The position numbers were made by a program, and so were the translations under genes. Of a DNA stretch of 64,000 nucleotides, positions 61,401 to 64,000 are shown piece after piece. The notes under the pieces were generated by a model. The model did no database searches and was not told where the DNA came from. It saw only the letters and a list, made by a program, of their open reading frames with translations. The stretch comes from Bugula neritina (Eukaryota; Animalia; Bryozoa): positions 3,566,662 to 3,630,661 of the forward strand of contig OZ037770.1 in NCBI GenBank assembly GCA_964035545.1. The letters are read 5' to 3'. How positions within the stretch are numbered: the stretch's first letter is position 1; the number at the start of each line of letters is the position of its first letter.

Positions 61401-64000
61401 TTTAAACTGTTATATACAGCTTTTTGCACTACCAATATACAAGCCAGTTGTTATTCTGTCACTTTTTATCTACATCTCTTTTTAATGCCAGTTACTTGTT
61501 AGCTTCAGTACAAACAGCTAAACATTCTACTCTACAGCCAATCTTACTGTTAACTCTTGTTTAACAATATTACAAGAATCTAAAAATTTGGGTGTGTTTT
61601 AAGTATAATATTCTATCATTATAACTTTTAAATGAAACAATAATATGATAAATGCATTATAACTTTCTGAAAAGTTTGTTTGCAAAGTATATGTTTTTCG
61701 AAAATAGTTTTACAAAATTTGCTAGGAGCATTATATTTATTTCTATCTAAAATAATTTTGTTTGAACTGATATGTTTGTAATCATGTAATCAGAAGTAAA
61801 GCATCAGTAAAATGAGTATAAGTAGAAGCTTGACAGCTACATTAGGCATTGCTACATAGTACATAAATACATGGCCGTATTAAATACTTAGCTGCATTCA
61901 CAGATAAATGCATGGCTTGGTATTACAATACCATGAATAAATTATTTATTTAGCTGGGTAACTATACAATTATGCCAAAGTGAAAAGCCTTTGGTTATTA
62001 ATGCCTGAAACGTCTAACAATCTACTTGGGAGACCACCTTGTTGTTACAGAGTGAATGAGTTATTTGTTTGGCATTTGGATGATGGCACAAAGAAAGGCT
62101 ATTTGGTTTGTTACTTGAGACTAGTAGCAAACTGCTACAGTCATAGCATCTTAGAAGATTTTGCATCACTTGCTAGAATTGTACATTATTTTAATGTAGC
62201 TATTGAAATTAATATCTCACTGAAAACACAGTATTGCAAAATCTTAAGCTGTACATAATTATATTATGCATCAAAAAGTACTTCTGCTATTCGACTATCC
62301 CAGGTTTATTTTAAACTAGCACTGCCAAAGTACCTTGACTCTATTACAGTGTTTACTAGCTAATTTTGTTCTTCTCAATAGTGAAATAGATCTATTGCAA
62401 GAAATTAATGACTAGATATAACAATAATGATTTTTAGGCAAGACTTTCGCATCTATATTGCTCATCTGCTAGCTTGAAATACCCCTCTCCTTGGACTAAT
62501 CTCAGGCTTTTCATTGTTGTTTAAACAGTTTTCAAACTCCTATTTCAATAAATCATTACCAACACTGCCTGCATGTATTAATATTCATTAGTGCCATCAA
62601 TGCACTGTGGAGACAGCACCTGATGTTCTGTATATTACATTATAGTACAGAGATACTAAATCCAAAACATCTAAAATAATTGATGCTTCTACCAGATTTT
62701 TAGCACACCTATAATATGTATTCCTGTAGTAAATATTAATAAGATGTTTTAACTGATAGTTTTTATGCCATTATAATAGCTTGATACTATAACTACAACT
62801 TGAAACTCTTTAACCAGCACATTGGTTAGTAATATTGCTTCTTGATATTTAATTGCTGGTTCACAAACTATCAATAATAGGGATGCATATCAAAACTTGA
62901 CTGCATTCATAATATGATTTTAATGCTAGGTAATGACTAAGCATGTCTGGCTGATATGAGGTGACTATTTTGTACACTGTTTAACAACATCAGCTTTTTG
63001 GGTTCATTTAAAGCATCTGCAAATCTGTATTATACATAATTACTGTTAGGGCCAATAAATTAAATTGTTAACCCTGAAATGCTTTTTACACTGTAATACT
63101 AAGTAGTAAAAGACATGTATATATATATATATAAACTGATTGTAATTTATACATAACATTGTACATTTAAAAAAAAAAAATCACAAAATACATAATTTAT
63201 TAGCTAAATTTCAAGGCGTTTTGTAGGTAGTGGGTTAATGTCAATAAAGTAGAATCCGGGAAGTTGAGTAGCTTTATTCAAGAGAAAGGCTCTCCAACAG
63301 TTCTACCAAAGCCTAAATAACATGTATAAAATAAAGGTTATATGTACAATTTTTTTTCCAAAACAGCCTGCAACTGTTTTGCTATTGCATATGCCCTATG
63401 CCATTCATCAAGTGGAACAATTTTAACCAGGATATCTAGAAAAGTTGACACAAGGGCTTTATAAACTATGTAACAGTAAAACTGTGAGTAGAAATTAATT
63501 GACACTAATGAATAATGCTTTAGGTGCTGGCAACAACCATAAAAGAAAAGTTATATAACAAACAAATAGAAAAAGCACTAAACAAATCAACAGCATTATA
63601 TACAATTGGGGCACATACATGAAAACAGCAGCTAGTGTCATTTTCTTAAGACAGCACTATTTTAGGTGTAAATTTAAGAAGTATTAGAAAATGCAGAAAT
63701 TTACTGCAATTGGTTCATTTTATTTAAGTTAGTACATACTGAAGATCTCAAGTTTTTGCTAATGAACATGAGTTTTGGCCCGAAACTAAAAAAATATCAA
63801 TAAATACACCTAAATAATCAAGGCTCTTTTTAATTTTCTTTGATTTCCTATGCTTTTTTCTAATTACAGCAACTTCTGACTGCGGATCGCCACGGTTAGT
63901 TTGTAACAATAGGCAATCCAAATGAAATGAATAAATAGGAAAAAACATGAGAAATCATGCAAAATTAAGAAGAACCTTGATTATTTAGGTGTATTTCTTG

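Noticed and set aside
58800-64000. Short ORFs (59696-59935, 61980-62258, 63748-63948) and possible further LRR cassettes
   Set aside because: No cassette signature or domain motif found by eye; probably intronic or decayed TE sequence.

Overview
AT-rich, intron-containing, transposon-dense animal (invertebrate-type) genomic DNA, not prokaryotic. The main host feature is a minus-strand multi-exon gene (about 56773 to 13496). By hand it splices into one reading frame of about 1250 aa: N-terminal exon, symmetric 138-nt LRR cassette exons, a Roc GTPase/COR exon (MFHAS1-like ROCO), an acidic linker, and a complete C-terminal caspase (C14) domain whose catalytic Cys motif reads EASSE. One LRR exon is split by a ~21.4-kb TIR transposon, and a truncated paralogous LRR/Roc segment lies upstream. 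The rest is a stack of mostly decayed TEs: three related tRNA-Leu-type Ty3/Gypsy elements sharing an extra zinc-finger plus coiled-coil ORF, a K02A2.6-like Gypsy fragment, a Gmr1-like Gypsy, an Academ remnant, MULE-like MITEs, a Harbinger/ISL2EU fold-back, an RTE fragment, SINEs and a 65-bp minisatellite. All splice models and family calls are by-eye inferences without database searches.
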